From: Rikenellaceae bacterium
GTDB lineage: Bacteria > Bacteroidota > Bacteroidia > Bacteroidales > Rikenellaceae
Direction: 5' to 3'
DNA: 64,000 bases
Assembly (NCBI GenBank): GCA_031548435.1
Contig: JAVBRA010000007.1
Coordinates: forward strand, 67,955-131,954
Below, piece by piece: positions 24,239 to 34,509 of this stretch. The position numbers and the translations under genes were made by a program. Below the pieces are notes generated by a model, which saw only the letters and a list, made by a program, of their open reading frames with translations, had not been told where the DNA came from and did not search any database. Each line of letters opens with the position of its first letter. The first letter of the stretch is position 1.

Positions 24239-25576
24239 CTACAACGCCAGCGGGATACCCGAATAAAAATCAAGCACCTTGCGTTTGAAGACGAACTCGT
24301 ACTTGGACTGGATCATGTCCGATTCGGCGCGTTCGAGGCGGGTTTTGGCATCGTTGAACTCATACAGGGTCGAGCCGTCCACACTCATCCGGATCTCCTC
24401 GTAGCGGAACGCCTCGCGCGCGGCATTCATGGCTTCGGATGCCGACTCGTATTTCTTCCTGGCCGCCTGGGCGTCGTAATAGGCCTGTTCTATCTCCTTG
24501 CGCAAGGTTTGCTTCACCTGCTCCAGGGCCAGCTCCTGCGACGAGATTTGCAGTTTGGCCGTGCGCACATTGTTCCGCACCGCAAAACGGCTGAAAATGG
24601 GAATACTCATGCTCAGCCCCACCGATTCGCTGCCGTTTTTCCTGAACTGCTCGCTGAACGACGTATTGACAGCCCCGTCCATGAACGAGTAGTAATAACC
24701 GTTGCCGTACCCTGCGCTCATCGAAATCTGCGGGTAATACGACGACCGGGCCAGTCGCAACGAGGTGCGGCTGCGGTCGAGGCGGAGGTTTTCGGCCAGC
24801 ACCGCCGGACGCGTCAGGGAAGCATAACCGTACACATCGTCGGGCGCGGGAACGGGCTTCAGCGCATAGGCGAGCAACTGTTCGGCAGCGGGATCCTCGA
24901 TATCGAACCCCTCGTACTCACGGAGGTTCAGCGCGTGCACCAAGGTCAGCCGCGATAACGTCAGGTTATTCCCGGCCTGGGTAAGGTTCATCTCGTCCTT
25001 GGCCAGCACCGACTTGGCGTCGTATACCACCGACTCGGGACTTTTGCCCTCGCGGAACATGATCTCGCTGCGCTGCAGCTGCCCGCGGCTGATCTCGACC
25101 TGGGCCTGCGCCACCCGCAATATCTCTTTATTGAACAACACCTGGAGGTAAAGCGAGGTGATGTTCAGCGCCACATCGTCCCTGGCGCGGGCCAGGTCTT
25201 GCAGCGACGCTTCGAGGTCGAGCCTGTTCCCCGCGATCTCGTGGTTGATGCGGAATCCCGCGAACACCGGCACCCCGACCGAAGCTCCGATCGAGGTCGA
25301 AGCCTGGGTGTTGTCCTTGTAAACGCCCGTGCGGTCTTGCCCGCGCCCGAACGACAGGTTGCCGCTCATGTTGGCCCCCAGCGATGGCAGGCGGCTGTTC
25401 CGCGCCGTGTTGAGCGCCACCTCCTGCTGATCGGCGGCAATGGCCGACCGTTGCACGGAGATGTTATTCTCGATGGCGTAATCGATGCATCGCCTGAGGC
25501 TCCAGCCCCCCTGTCCGTATGCCGGCATGGAGGCCAGCAACAACAGCGCCGCCACACCCAATTTTATCTTGCTCAT
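24239..25576 (-). CDS. TolC-family outer membrane efflux protein
   Basis: 445 aa. Signal peptide 'LLLLASMPAYGQ'. 'SLRRCIDYAIENNISVQ' is the start of the two-repeat OEP architecture. It is the last gene of the efflux operon. Confidence 0.85.
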   Translation of the reverse strand: MSKIKLGVAALLLLASMPAYGQGGWSLRRCIDYAIENNISVQRSAIAADQQEVALNTARNSRLPSLGANMSGNLSFGRGQDRTGVYKDNTQASTSIGASVGVPVFAGFRINHEIAGNRLDLEASLQDLARARDDVALNITSLYLQVLFNKEILRVAQAQVEISRGQLQRSEIMFREGKSPESVVYDAKSVLAKDEMNLTQAGNNLTLSRLTLVHALNLREYEGFDIEDPAAEQLLAYALKPVPAPDDVYGYASLTRPAVLAENLRLDRSRTSLRLARSSYYPQISMSAGYGNGYYYSFMDGAVNTSFSEQFRKNGSESVGLSMSIPIFSRFAVRNNVRTAKLQISSQELALEQVKQTLRKEIEQAYYDAQAARKKYESASEAMNAAREAFRYEEIRMSVDGSTLYEFNDAKTRLERAESDMIQSKYEFVFKRKVLDFYSGIPLAL

Positions 25577-25689
25577 TGTCAGAGTCTGTTTAAATTTTCA
25601 CCAACACCCTTGTCATCAAGAGCGCTCATTTCGCATTACAAGCCCGGTGAGCGGAACGAACCTCCCGTCAACAAGCGAGGTTGCGGACT

Positions 25690-26796
25690 TTATTTGCCGG
25701 ACTTTTGCGATCCGCGCAGGTTGTCGCCCTCTTCCACTCCGGAGAGCACCTCCACGTTCACGCCGTCCGAGAGCCCCAATGTCACTTCTTTTTTCTCGAA
25801 CACCTGCTCTTCGGCCTCGGGTTTGCTCGTGAGCGCGTAGACGCACGGTTTCTCGTCTTCGAACGCCACCACGCTTTCGGGAATGGTCAGCACCCCCTGC
25901 CGGCTGTCGGTGACAATGCTCGCGTTGGCGCTGTACCCGGCCCGCACGAACACTCCTGCGGGAATTTTCACTGCCGCCTTCATTTCAAACAGCACCACGC
26001 CGTTGCTTTCAACCCCCTTGGGCGAAAGGTATTCCAACACGGCGTCGAGATTGACGCCCTGCAACGCCCCGATGGTCAACGCCATCGGCATTCCCTCTTT
26101 GAGCCGCCCCACTTCCGCCTCGTCGATCTGCCCGCGGAAGATCATATCGCCCAGGTCGGCGATCGAGGCGATGGTCGTGCCGTCGTTGAAGGTGTTGGAC
26201 TGGATCACCGAGTTGCCCACCTTGATCGGGATGTCGAGAATCATGCCGTTGATCGTGCTGCGGATCTGCGTGTTGCTGGCCCCGCTCATGCGGCTCGACG
26301 CCCCTTTCTCCACGATTTCGAGGTTGTCTTTGGCGTTCTGTAACTCCTCTTTCACCCGGGCGAAGTCCGATTTGGCTTTCTCGTATTCCTCCAGCGAAAT
26401 CACGCCCGAGTCGTACAACTGCTGCGTCCGGTTGAAATCGGTCTGCACCTGGCCCATGCTGATGTTTGCCAGCGTCAGGCGCGACTGGGCGGAGTTGAGG
26501 GCCCCCATCTCGGGGATCACCTTCACCCGGGCGATCACGTCACCCTGCCTGACCATCTGCCCGGCCTCGAAGTAGATGTCGGACACGATGCCCGAGATCT
26601 GCGGCTTGATCAGCACCTCGTCGCGGGCCTCGACCTTGCCGGTGGCCACCACCCGTTTTTCGATGGTGTCGACGGCCGGCTGCACGGTGTTGTACACCAC
26701 CTTCACCGGGCGGGTTTTGCTCCACAGGAACACGAATGTGCCGATAAGCAGCAGTACAAAAAAGACGATCATAAAGATCTTAAAAAACTTTTTCAT
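25690..26796 (-). CDS. Efflux periplasmic adaptor (HlyD/MacA-like)
   Basis: The start is set at 'MKKFFKIFMIVFF' (TM anchor). The biotin-lipoyl-like segment is 'ATGKVEARDEVLIKPQISGIVSDIYFEAGQMVRQGDVIARV', followed by a coiled-coil hairpin region. Confidence 0.85.
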   Translation of the reverse strand: MKKFFKIFMIVFFVLLLIGTFVFLWSKTRPVKVVYNTVQPAVDTIEKRVVATGKVEARDEVLIKPQISGIVSDIYFEAGQMVRQGDVIARVKVIPEMGALNSAQSRLTLANISMGQVQTDFNRTQQLYDSGVISLEEYEKAKSDFARVKEELQNAKDNLEIVEKGASSRMSGASNTQIRSTINGMILDIPIKVGNSVIQSNTFNDGTTIASIADLGDMIFRGQIDEAEVGRLKEGMPMALTIGALQGVNLDAVLEYLSPKGVESNGVVLFEMKAAVKIPAGVFVRAGYSANASIVTDSRQGVLTIPESVVAFEDEKPCVYALTSKPEAEEQVFEKKEVTLGLSDGVNVEVLSGVEEGDNLRGSQKSGK

Positions 26797-26850
26797 TGTG
26801 GTATGTTGTTTTAATTTGAATCCCTTGCGGCTGTTAATTATTCGCACAAA

Positions 26851-28098
26851 CTACTCTTCCCGTATCGCATCCACCGGCCTTACGTTCACCGCGTTAACCG
26901 CCGGAATAATCCCCGCGATCACCCCGCCGAGCACGATCACCGACAGGGCCGACATCGCCAACCCGAACGACACCTGCGGCGAGGCCCATTCGCCCCCCGA
27001 GGCGGCAATGATTTTCTCGGCCAGCGCCAGCACGCCCACTCCGAAAGTCAGTCCCGCCACCCCGGCAATGAACGTGAGGATGAAACTCTCGCTCATAATC
27101 TGCCCGATCACATTGCCCGGCGTGGCGCCCAGGGCCCGCCGGATGCCCATCTCCTGGGTGCGTTCGCGCACCACCACCAACATGATGCTGCTCACCCCGA
27201 ACACCCCGGCCAGCAGCGTTCCCAACCCCACGACCCAGATCAGCAGGTTGATGCCCCACATGAAGTTGGTGAAGAAACTGAAGCTCTCCTCCATGTTAAA
27301 CCCTTCGATGGCCTTGTCGTCGTCGGGCGAGATGGAATGCCTCTCGGCCATCAACCGTATCACCTTTTTCTGGAGTTCGGCGGACGAGATGGTGTTGTCG
27401 CCCGAGATGGCCATGAAATCGAATTTGTCGCCCTGCCCCGGGAGCATGCTCTGGAGCGTGTTCACCGGCATCACGATTTTTTGTGAGGGGTCTCCGTTGA
27501 GATTGACGCCGGAGTTGAGCGGCTTGTTCACTCCCACCACCGTGAAATAGAGGTTCCCGATTTTGATGATCGTTCCCGAAGGATCTTCCCCCGAGGGGAA
27601 AAGTTCTTTCCACACCTGATTGCCAAGAACACATACTTTTCGGTTCTGGGCGATATCGATGTCGTTCAGGTAGCGGCCGTGGATGATATCCGTGGTAAAG
27701 ATCAGGTTGTAGGCGGGCAACACCCCTTCGGTCCGGTAGCTGCCGCTACGTTCGCCGGCCGTTACATTGATCCCTCCCCACCGGTCCAGGATCGGAGAAA
27801 CGTATTTCACCCCGTCCATTTCCCTGATCGCTTCGATATCGTCGTTGGAAAAGCTCCACCGCCGCCCTTCCGCGAAACCTTTGTACGGCACCGAGGTCGG
27901 CCCGCAATACAGGAAGCACGAGTTCATGGCCAGCGACCGGGTCTGGCTGCCCACGAAACGCTCGACCGACAGCCCCGCCCCGGCCATCACCACCAGCATG
28001 AAAATGCCCCACGCGATGCCGAATGCAGTAAGAATGCTGCGCATGCGGTTGCGCATGATGGTGTTGAGGATCTCCTCCCAGCGGTCGAGGTCGAACAT
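26851..28098 (-). CDS. ABC transporter permease, MacB/FtsX type
   Basis: 415 aa. An N-terminal TM helix, a large periplasmic domain and a C-terminal FtsX-like segment 'RERTQEMGIRRALGAT'. Confidence 0.85.
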   Translation of the reverse strand: MFDLDRWEEILNTIMRNRMRSILTAFGIAWGIFMLVVMAGAGLSVERFVGSQTRSLAMNSCFLYCGPTSVPYKGFAEGRRWSFSNDDIEAIREMDGVKYVSPILDRWGGINVTAGERSGSYRTEGVLPAYNLIFTTDIIHGRYLNDIDIAQNRKVCVLGNQVWKELFPSGEDPSGTIIKIGNLYFTVVGVNKPLNSGVNLNGDPSQKIVMPVNTLQSMLPGQGDKFDFMAISGDNTISSAELQKKVIRLMAERHSISPDDDKAIEGFNMEESFSFFTNFMWGINLLIWVVGLGTLLAGVFGVSSIMLVVVRERTQEMGIRRALGATPGNVIGQIMSESFILTFIAGVAGLTFGVGVLALAEKIIAASGGEWASPQVSFGLAMSALSVIVLGGVIAGIIPAVNAVNVRPVDAIREE

Positions 28099-28116
28099 GG
28101 CTTTTTGTTTTAAAAG

Positions 28117-28656
28117 TTAATTCGACCCCATGTTCGAGGTTTCCGCAATGCCGTTGAGCACATTTTCGAACTCGCCGACGGGAATCCCTTTCCCGACAAA
28201 CATCAGGTCGGCTATGGCCAGGAATTCGTCGTCATACATATCGACGGTGATCACCCAAACGGTTTCCCGGATGCATCCCTTCTTCTCCCTGGTGTAGATC
28301 CGCAGGCCGACCGGGGCGGAACCGCCCGTTATGATTTCTTTAAGCGACTGCGGAACCTCATAGCTCTCATACCCCTTCAGCGCCTTGTCCACATCGCCGA
28401 TAATGGCCGGGTCGCACTCCCTGACGCTGATGCTCTCGATTTTATTGAGCACCTCCAGGGTTGCACGGTCTTCCTCCGACAACTCGTCCGTTTCGGAAAC
28501 ATTCATCGCTTCTTTCATTTGCGAAAGCGGGACAGTCTCCCAACTTACCACGTTTTTCTGTTTCTGGACTTTGGCTAACGTCTTGAAATAATCCTGCGCC
28601 GAGACGGTCGATACACTCACGCACAATGCCAGTGCGGCAAAAACAACTTTTTTCAT
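28117..28656 (-). CDS. Secreted small protein, tandem paralog 1 (DUF4252-like, tentative)
   Basis: The start is set at 'MKKVVFAALALCVSVSTVSAQDYFKTLAK' (signal peptide). It is similar in length and N-terminus to 28680-29222. Confidence 0.55.
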   Translation of the reverse strand: MKKVVFAALALCVSVSTVSAQDYFKTLAKVQKQKNVVSWETVPLSQMKEAMNVSETDELSEEDRATLEVLNKIESISVRECDPAIIGDVDKALKGYESYEVPQSLKEIITGGSAPVGLRIYTREKKGCIRETVWVITVDMYDDEFLAIADLMFVGKGIPVGEFENVLNGIAETSNMGSN

Positions 28657-28679
28657 ACTCCTTAATTTATTTGAATTGA

Positions 28680-29222
28680 TTACATTCCGGGGGTCATATA
28701 GCCGACATAACCGACCAGGTCGCTTTCCGACACGCCTTTGTCGAACATCATATCCATCATGGTGATGCATTCGGAGTCAGACATGTCTTCCATGTCGGAC
28801 ACATCGAAAACAAGCACGGCTTCCCGGACTTCGCCTCTTTTAACCTTAGCGTAAACCTCGATATACAAGCCCATCTCCCTTGCCTTCTCGATATTCTCCT
28901 TCATCTGTTCCGGGAATTCGATCTCTTTGTACCCTTTCAGCGCCTTGCGGATGGACTCGCGGTCATCGGTTCCGCCCATTTTGACGGCGGCCAGCGTGAT
29001 TTTCTGCGCCAACCCGTACGCTGCCCGCTCCTGCGGCGACATCTGGTCGGGACTTCTCTCCTCGGTGGAAAGCTGCATTTTAATTACTTCCATGGGGATC
29101 TCCTCCCACGAACTTTCGGTTTGGTCGCCCTGAGACTTGGCCAGCGCCTTGAAATAATCCTGCGCCGACGCGGTCGTCGCACCCATGCACGCAATCAGTG
29201 CAAACATCAACATTTTTCTCAT
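28680..29222 (-). CDS. Secreted small protein, tandem paralog 2 (DUF4252-like, tentative)
   Basis: 180 aa. 'MRKMLMFALIACMGATTASAQDYFKALAK' and 'ALKGYKEIEFP' parallel 'ALKGYESYEVP' in paralog 1. Confidence 0.55.
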   Translation of the reverse strand: MRKMLMFALIACMGATTASAQDYFKALAKSQGDQTESSWEEIPMEVIKMQLSTEERSPDQMSPQERAAYGLAQKITLAAVKMGGTDDRESIRKALKGYKEIEFPEQMKENIEKAREMGLYIEVYAKVKRGEVREAVLVFDVSDMEDMSDSECITMMDMMFDKGVSESDLVGYVGYMTPGM

Positions 29223-29223
29223 T

Positions 29224-29754
29224 TTAAAGTCCTGAATTATAAAGTTCTTCTAAAAAATCTCTCGTCTCTACTTTGAATACATCGCGGTCGAAATCGGCGT
29301 CGAACACAACGATGTCTCCCTCCATCTCAGACATTTGCAAGAACAACACCAACTCCTTTATGACCGTTCCGCCCCGACGCGAACGGACGTAAGCCGTAAT
29401 GCTCAACTCGCCGTCCGTCTTTTCGATCTGTCGTGCGACTTCCGGGGGAAGGGCGAAGGGTTGATAGCGTTTCAATCGTTTTTTCCCGAACAGCTCAATC
29501 TCTTCCGGGGAGCACACCCGGCGCGACCAGAACAGCGTCCGCTCGGCCACAAGGAAGGCATTCCGTTTCTTCCAGTCCGAGATATCTCCATACGATTCCC
29601 CCTCAAACAGGGCCTCTTTCAGTTCGGCACCGGAATAGATATCCAGGCAGCCTTTCTGGTGCTGCATCCGGGTCAGCTTCCACAAAAAAGTCTGTCCCGA
29701 CGCGGCCGTGGCGCTCATGCACAATGCCAGTGCAGCTAAAACAATCTTTTTCAT
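29224..29754 (-). CDS. Secreted small protein, divergent tandem paralog 3
   Basis: 176 aa with signal peptide 'MKKIVLAALALCMSATAASGQ'. Same size class and position as the other two; similarity is weaker. Confidence 0.5.
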   Translation of the reverse strand: MKKIVLAALALCMSATAASGQTFLWKLTRMQHQKGCLDIYSGAELKEALFEGESYGDISDWKKRNAFLVAERTLFWSRRVCSPEEIELFGKKRLKRYQPFALPPEVARQIEKTDGELSITAYVRSRRGGTVIKELVLFLQMSEMEGDIVVFDADFDRDVFKVETRDFLEELYNSGL

Positions 29755-29782
29755 ACTCTGTTTATATTTTTTGTGTAGCTCC

Positions 29783-31180
29783 TTATTTACGGCCCTGTTT
29801 TATCAACTTAACCGAGTAGTCCATGGCCTTGTCCGCATCGACCTTGTGGTCGGGTATCGTTCCGTGGTCGAAATCTTTGTCGGTGGCCCCGGCCAGGTAA
29901 AATATCTTGTCCGACGCAACATACATCAGCTTTGTGTTCGGCAATATCTGACATACGAGTTCGCCGAAACACGCCAAAGGCTGTCCCGCTTCTTCTCCCA
30001 CGATCGTACCCATCCGAAAGTGTTTGAATGCCTGCGCAAAGCATCCGGCCCCCGAATAGGAGTAATGGCTTGTAAGCAGGTATACGTTACCGTCATACCT
30101 CAAGGGATTGGGCGATAATGCAATGGGGGATTCCGAATAAGTTTTCATGGTTCCTATCGGTTCCTGATAAAGGTATTCCTCAAATTCACTTTCACTCATA
30201 TAATCGAAGAGGTGAAATTGTTCTCGCATTAGCTTCTTCCCATCAATTCGGCCCTGGCTGAATTTTTCGACGCATTTTCCGAACTGCAGAAACGGCGTAT
30301 GCGAAATATACTGGAAAAGCGTATCGCCTATGGCTGAGTTGCCGCCCCCATTGTTCCGAACATCGATGATCAGGTTTTCGATACCGCCCTCCTTCAAGAG
30401 GCGGAAAGTCGAATCCGCGAACGCTGCAAATGCGTCCAGATCGGCGAATGAACGAAAATCGATGATGCCGATGCCATCGGTTATTTTAAAGGAGTAGTTG
30501 GCATAGGTTTCCTGTGCCGGGGCGGGATTGGCATACAGTTCTTCGAGGGAGATCCCGTCCAGGGAAACCGTATGGGTCTTCCCCTCATAGGCATACCTGA
30601 TATCGAATTTCTCCCAGGGGTAGCAACTCCACAGAACGGAAGTGAAATTACCCGCAATACGGGACAGCCGGTGCGGAAGAAGTTCGCCGGGCGCATACTC
30701 CAGGTTCTTCGCTATCAATTTTTTGGCACTTACTCCATTGACACTCCTGATAACGGCTCCCACGGGGATATCCGCCCCGGGCGAATGCACCGCAACGACC
30801 TCGATCGTGGACTTATCGGGAACTTCGACCGACAGGGGAAACAGTTTTTTCCCGTTTTCGGCAAGGGCTTCAGGCGGGAAATACAGCCATGTATGCCCGT
30901 CGCGCATCTTCGTGATCAGCGGAGCCGCAAGAACGTAAAACTCCGTTGCGGTCATGGGCCGGTCCATCTGCGTTTTGATGTGGGCGATCTCCTTCTCGAA
31001 TTGCTTTTGGGAGACCACGGCGAACATGTCGGGATGGATGTCGTTGATGCCGGCATAGAGCGAGTCGAGGTCGTCGTGCAACTCCTGTACACTGAGAACA
31101 TTCGCCTGGGCACGACAGACGTTACTTTGCCCCAGAAACAAGGCAACCGCAAAAACAATGGACAAAAAAGAAACTTTCAT
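29783..31180 (-). CDS. S41-family (C-terminal processing/tricorn-core-like) serine peptidase
   Basis: 465 aa. Signal peptide. 'LIIDVRNNGGGNS' is the S41 hallmark. 'HYSYSGAGCFAQAFK' is the nucleophile region. Confidence 0.8.
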   Translation of the reverse strand: MKVSFLSIVFAVALFLGQSNVCRAQANVLSVQELHDDLDSLYAGINDIHPDMFAVVSQKQFEKEIAHIKTQMDRPMTATEFYVLAAPLITKMRDGHTWLYFPPEALAENGKKLFPLSVEVPDKSTIEVVAVHSPGADIPVGAVIRSVNGVSAKKLIAKNLEYAPGELLPHRLSRIAGNFTSVLWSCYPWEKFDIRYAYEGKTHTVSLDGISLEELYANPAPAQETYANYSFKITDGIGIIDFRSFADLDAFAAFADSTFRLLKEGGIENLIIDVRNNGGGNSAIGDTLFQYISHTPFLQFGKCVEKFSQGRIDGKKLMREQFHLFDYMSESEFEEYLYQEPIGTMKTYSESPIALSPNPLRYDGNVYLLTSHYSYSGAGCFAQAFKHFRMGTIVGEEAGQPLACFGELVCQILPNTKLMYVASDKIFYLAGATDKDFDHGTIPDHKVDADKAMDYSVKLIKQGRK

Positions 31181-31208
31181 GGATCAATTATGAATTAATG
31201 GATTGATA

Positions 31209-32465
31209 TTATTTATTATACCGCAACGCATCGATGATATTGATCTTCGACGCCCGCCGCGCCGGCACATATCCCGCCACCAAGCCCGCGATCACCAGCA
31301 CCAGCGTGGCGCTGACGGTCACCGGCAGTTCGAGCGTCGGGTTGAGGAAGATCGTCGGAGTTTCCGTTGACGCGGATACCGCAGCTTCCGCTCCCCTGGT
31401 GATGATCAGGTTCACCAGCTCCATCACCCCCACTCCCAGGATCATGCCGATGTAGCCGAAGAAGGCCGTGATCAGCAACGACTCGACGATCACCAGCCGC
31501 ACGATCGATCCCGAGGTGGCCCCGATGGCCTTGCGCACGCCGAACTCCCACGTCCTCTCGCGCACGGTCACCAGCATGATGTTGCTCACGCCCACCACTC
31601 CGGCCGTCAGCGTGCCGATGGCGATGATCCACACAAAGAGCGAGATGGCCCCGAATATCTTCATCATCTCGCGGTACGACTCGAACGAGTCGGCGAGGTA
31701 CAGCGCCCCCTTGTCCGTCGGGTCGAAGCCGTGTTCGGCAGCCAGGTACGCCCGCACCTTTTCAAGGAAAACATCGAACTCAGCCTTGCTTTCGACTCCC
31801 TCGACAATGAAGCTGATGTTGTTCAGATCGCGCGACCAGGCATAAACCGTCTGCGCCGTGGTCAGCGGCACATAGACCGAGTAGTCGCTGCTCCAGTCCG
31901 CCTTGCATACCCCCACCACCGCATAGTCCGAGCGGCCCAGGTTGACGTGCCTGCCCACCGGGTTTTCGTTTTTGAAGAGCACCTTGGCGACGTTTTCGGT
32001 GATGACGATCACTTTGCGCCGTTCCTTCACATCCATGTCGTTGAAAAAACGCCCGTCGAGCATCTTGATGTTCTCGATCCGCGCCGCGCCCGGCATGGCG
32101 GTCCGGTTGTTGGTTGACAGGAATTGCCCTTTGTACGAGATCTGCCCCGACACATACCGCCGCCCGGTGATCTCCGTGATCTGCGGGAACTGGGCCGGCA
32201 GCCTTTCGAGCATCTCAGGGTGGATGTAAATGGCGCGTCCTTTGCCGTATCCGCCGTAAGGCATCTTCGTGCGGCCGGAATAAACCCCCACCACGTTGTC
32301 GGTGGTATTGGGAAAATTCGACATCACGCCGTTTTTGAGCCCGTTGCCCGATCCCAGCAGGATGATGAGCATGAAAATACCCCACGCCACCGAAAACCCG
32401 GTCAGGAATGTCCTCAGCCGGTTGTGGCGGATCGACGCCATGATCTCTTGCAGAATCTCTCTCAT
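31209..32465 (-). CDS. ABC transporter permease, MacB/FtsX type
   Basis: 418 aa. 'LRTFLTGFSVAWGIFMLIILL' is the N-terminal TM helix. The FtsX-like segment is 'RERTWEFGVRKAIGAT'. Confidence 0.85.
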   Translation of the reverse strand: MREILQEIMASIRHNRLRTFLTGFSVAWGIFMLIILLGSGNGLKNGVMSNFPNTTDNVVGVYSGRTKMPYGGYGKGRAIYIHPEMLERLPAQFPQITEITGRRYVSGQISYKGQFLSTNNRTAMPGAARIENIKMLDGRFFNDMDVKERRKVIVITENVAKVLFKNENPVGRHVNLGRSDYAVVGVCKADWSSDYSVYVPLTTAQTVYAWSRDLNNISFIVEGVESKAEFDVFLEKVRAYLAAEHGFDPTDKGALYLADSFESYREMMKIFGAISLFVWIIAIGTLTAGVVGVSNIMLVTVRERTWEFGVRKAIGATSGSIVRLVIVESLLITAFFGYIGMILGVGVMELVNLIITRGAEAAVSASTETPTIFLNPTLELPVTVSATLVLVIAGLVAGYVPARRASKINIIDALRYNK

Positions 32466-33142
32466 CGGTTGTCGGTTACGGAACCAATGATCCCGTCTTT
32501 AATGTGGATGACCTGATTGGTTCGGGCGGCGATGTCGGCCTCGTGGGTGACGATCACCACCGTCATGCCGGCGGCGTTCACCTGTTTGAGCAATTCCATC
32601 ACCTCAAGCGAGGTCTGGCTGTCGAGCGCGCCGGTGGGCTCGTCGGCCAGAATGATGCTCGGCTCGGTGATGAGCGCCCGGGCGATGGCCACACGCTGCT
32701 TCTGTCCGCCCGACAGTTCGTTGGGCATGTGGGCGGCCCACTCGCGCAATCCCATGCGATCGAGGTACTCCAATGCCGCCGCATTGCGCCTGCGCCGCGA
32801 CACTCCCTGGTAATAAAGGGGAAGCGCCACGTTCTCCATGGCGTTCTTGTAGGCAATGAGGTTGAACGACTGGAACACGAAGCCGATCATCCGGTTGCGG
32901 TAATGGGCGCCCTGGCGCTCGCTGAGGTTTTTCATCAGCACGCCGTCGAGGCGGTACTCGCCGCTGTCGTAGCTGTCGAGGATGCCCAGAATGTTCAGCA
33001 GGGTCGATTTCCCGGATCCCGACGCCCCCATGATCGACACCAGGTCGCCCCGGTCGATGCCCAGCGTCACGCCCTTGAGCACGTGCAGCGGGGCGCCGTT
33101 GTGGTACGTCTTATTGATGTTATCGAGTTCGATGATCGGCAT
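32462..33142 (-). CDS. ABC transporter ATP-binding protein (MacB/LolD-type)
   Basis: 226 aa. Walker A 'GASGSGKSTLLN', signature 'LSGGQKQRVAIARAL', Walker B 'ILADEPTGALD'. It overlaps the downstream permease by 4 nt. Confidence 0.9.
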   Translation of the reverse strand: MPIIELDNINKTYHNGAPLHVLKGVTLGIDRGDLVSIMGASGSGKSTLLNILGILDSYDSGEYRLDGVLMKNLSERQGAHYRNRMIGFVFQSFNLIAYKNAMENVALPLYYQGVSRRRRNAAALEYLDRMGLREWAAHMPNELSGGQKQRVAIARALITEPSIILADEPTGALDSQTSLEVMELLKQVNAAGMTVVIVTHEADIAARTNQVIHIKDGIIGSVTDNR

Positions 33143-33302
33143 AGTCGATTTTCCGTTAGGTGTCTTTATGTATTAGTACACTGCAAATGTAGTGATATTT
33201 TTCTATTTCCATCATTCGCAGGGAAATTATTTTTCTTAGACAACGGATCAATAGATAAAATGTAACGTTTGCAACCGGAATTTACACAAATTTATGGACG
33301 GC

Positions 33303-33332
33303 AAAAAAACAGCCGCAGAAAATTTCTGCGGC
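33303..33332 (-). terminator. Rho-independent terminator after the beta-propeller gene
   Basis: On the minus strand, stem gccgcag / ctgcggc is followed by TGTTTTTTT. Confidence 0.65.
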
Positions 33333-33354
33333 CGCCACACATTTACCGGATGTT

Positions 33355-34497
33355 TTACTTCCGTTCGTACTTGATGGTGATGATGTACGGGTTTTCGTTC
33401 TCGCCGTACCGGCTGTACCGTTGGGCGATCAGGTCGTAGAGAGGCCGGGTCGCCGGATCGATTGTGGCGAGATTAACCTGAGAAAAGGCTTCGGGGGGAA
33501 ATGGATTATATCCAAACACGCCGTCCGAACAACAATTGCTGCCAAGATACGGCCATCCCTGAAGTGGATTCTTGTACAACTCATTCTTTCCTTTATCCCA
33601 AAGCAACGAATGACCACTATCGAAGAATGCACCCACAAAAGACCATAAATTACCATTGTCAAGACACCTAAACCGGGAAATATACTCAGCAACGCCTTTC
33701 TGACGGCAATAACTGATATAGTTCTCTTCATCTTCGAACGTTGTTACCTCCGCGAACGTGTTATCGAACCGGGCAAACGCAACCGGCTCGGGATTGTCGG
33801 GCGTCACCCGATACACCACATCATTGTAATACGCGATGCAATAAATGGTGTTATCAAGCGATGTAAGTTGGCGCCCTCCAGAATGTCCCATACTGGTCAC
33901 ACCTGCCTTGGGAGAAAACTGTTTGTACACGGTACCTCCATTTTCGTCCTCCATCAGATAAAAGCGGTTGGCCTGCTTGCTTCCACCCACAGCATTGTCG
34001 TAGAACACCCTTTTACCGCCGGCGACTTCCAGCTCGGTCGCATAATATTCCACATCGATATCGTCCAGATATTTCCCGTCTATGTCAAACCGCTTGATCT
34101 TGCGTGTGCGATTTTCATACACTTCAAGCACACGATTCTTGGCATCAAAGGCGATATCGGTTGGATGAAGCACTTCGTTTCCAGCGCGGCCCCGGGTGAG
34201 TTTCTTCACAAATTTTCCATCGCGGGCAAAAATACAGACATCGCCATTGACTTCGAATGTAAATATCCTTTCCGGAGTGACAATCAACCGGTTGAATTCG
34301 CCTATGAGCGAACTGTCGCTCGTTTCCAGCGGCGTCAACTCAAACGAAAGTTTATAATCGGATTGGTCGAACGGCTCGACATTGGAAAGATCGGACGTCA
34401 GCGGAATGACAGGCAGCCCGTCGTCCGCCTTTTTCGTACCGGGCTTGCACGAATATGCAAAAACCAAGAAAAATAAAAGGACAGCTAAATTCCGCAT
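33355..34497 (-). CDS. 6-bladed beta-propeller lipoprotein (BF3164-like, tentative)
   Basis: 380 aa. Lipobox 'LVFAYSCKPG'. Repeated beta-strand-rich segments. It sits next to an NVEALA-like peptide gene, a pairing I recall as typical in Bacteroidales. Confidence 0.55.
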   Translation of the reverse strand: MRNLAVLLFFLVFAYSCKPGTKKADDGLPVIPLTSDLSNVEPFDQSDYKLSFELTPLETSDSSLIGEFNRLIVTPERIFTFEVNGDVCIFARDGKFVKKLTRGRAGNEVLHPTDIAFDAKNRVLEVYENRTRKIKRFDIDGKYLDDIDVEYYATELEVAGGKRVFYDNAVGGSKQANRFYLMEDENGGTVYKQFSPKAGVTSMGHSGGRQLTSLDNTIYCIAYYNDVVYRVTPDNPEPVAFARFDNTFAEVTTFEDEENYISYCRQKGVAEYISRFRCLDNGNLWSFVGAFFDSGHSLLWDKGKNELYKNPLQGWPYLGSNCCSDGVFGYNPFPPEAFSQVNLATIDPATRPLYDLIAQRYSRYGENENPYIITIKYERK

Positions 34498-34509
34498 AGC
34501 AAAACGGAC

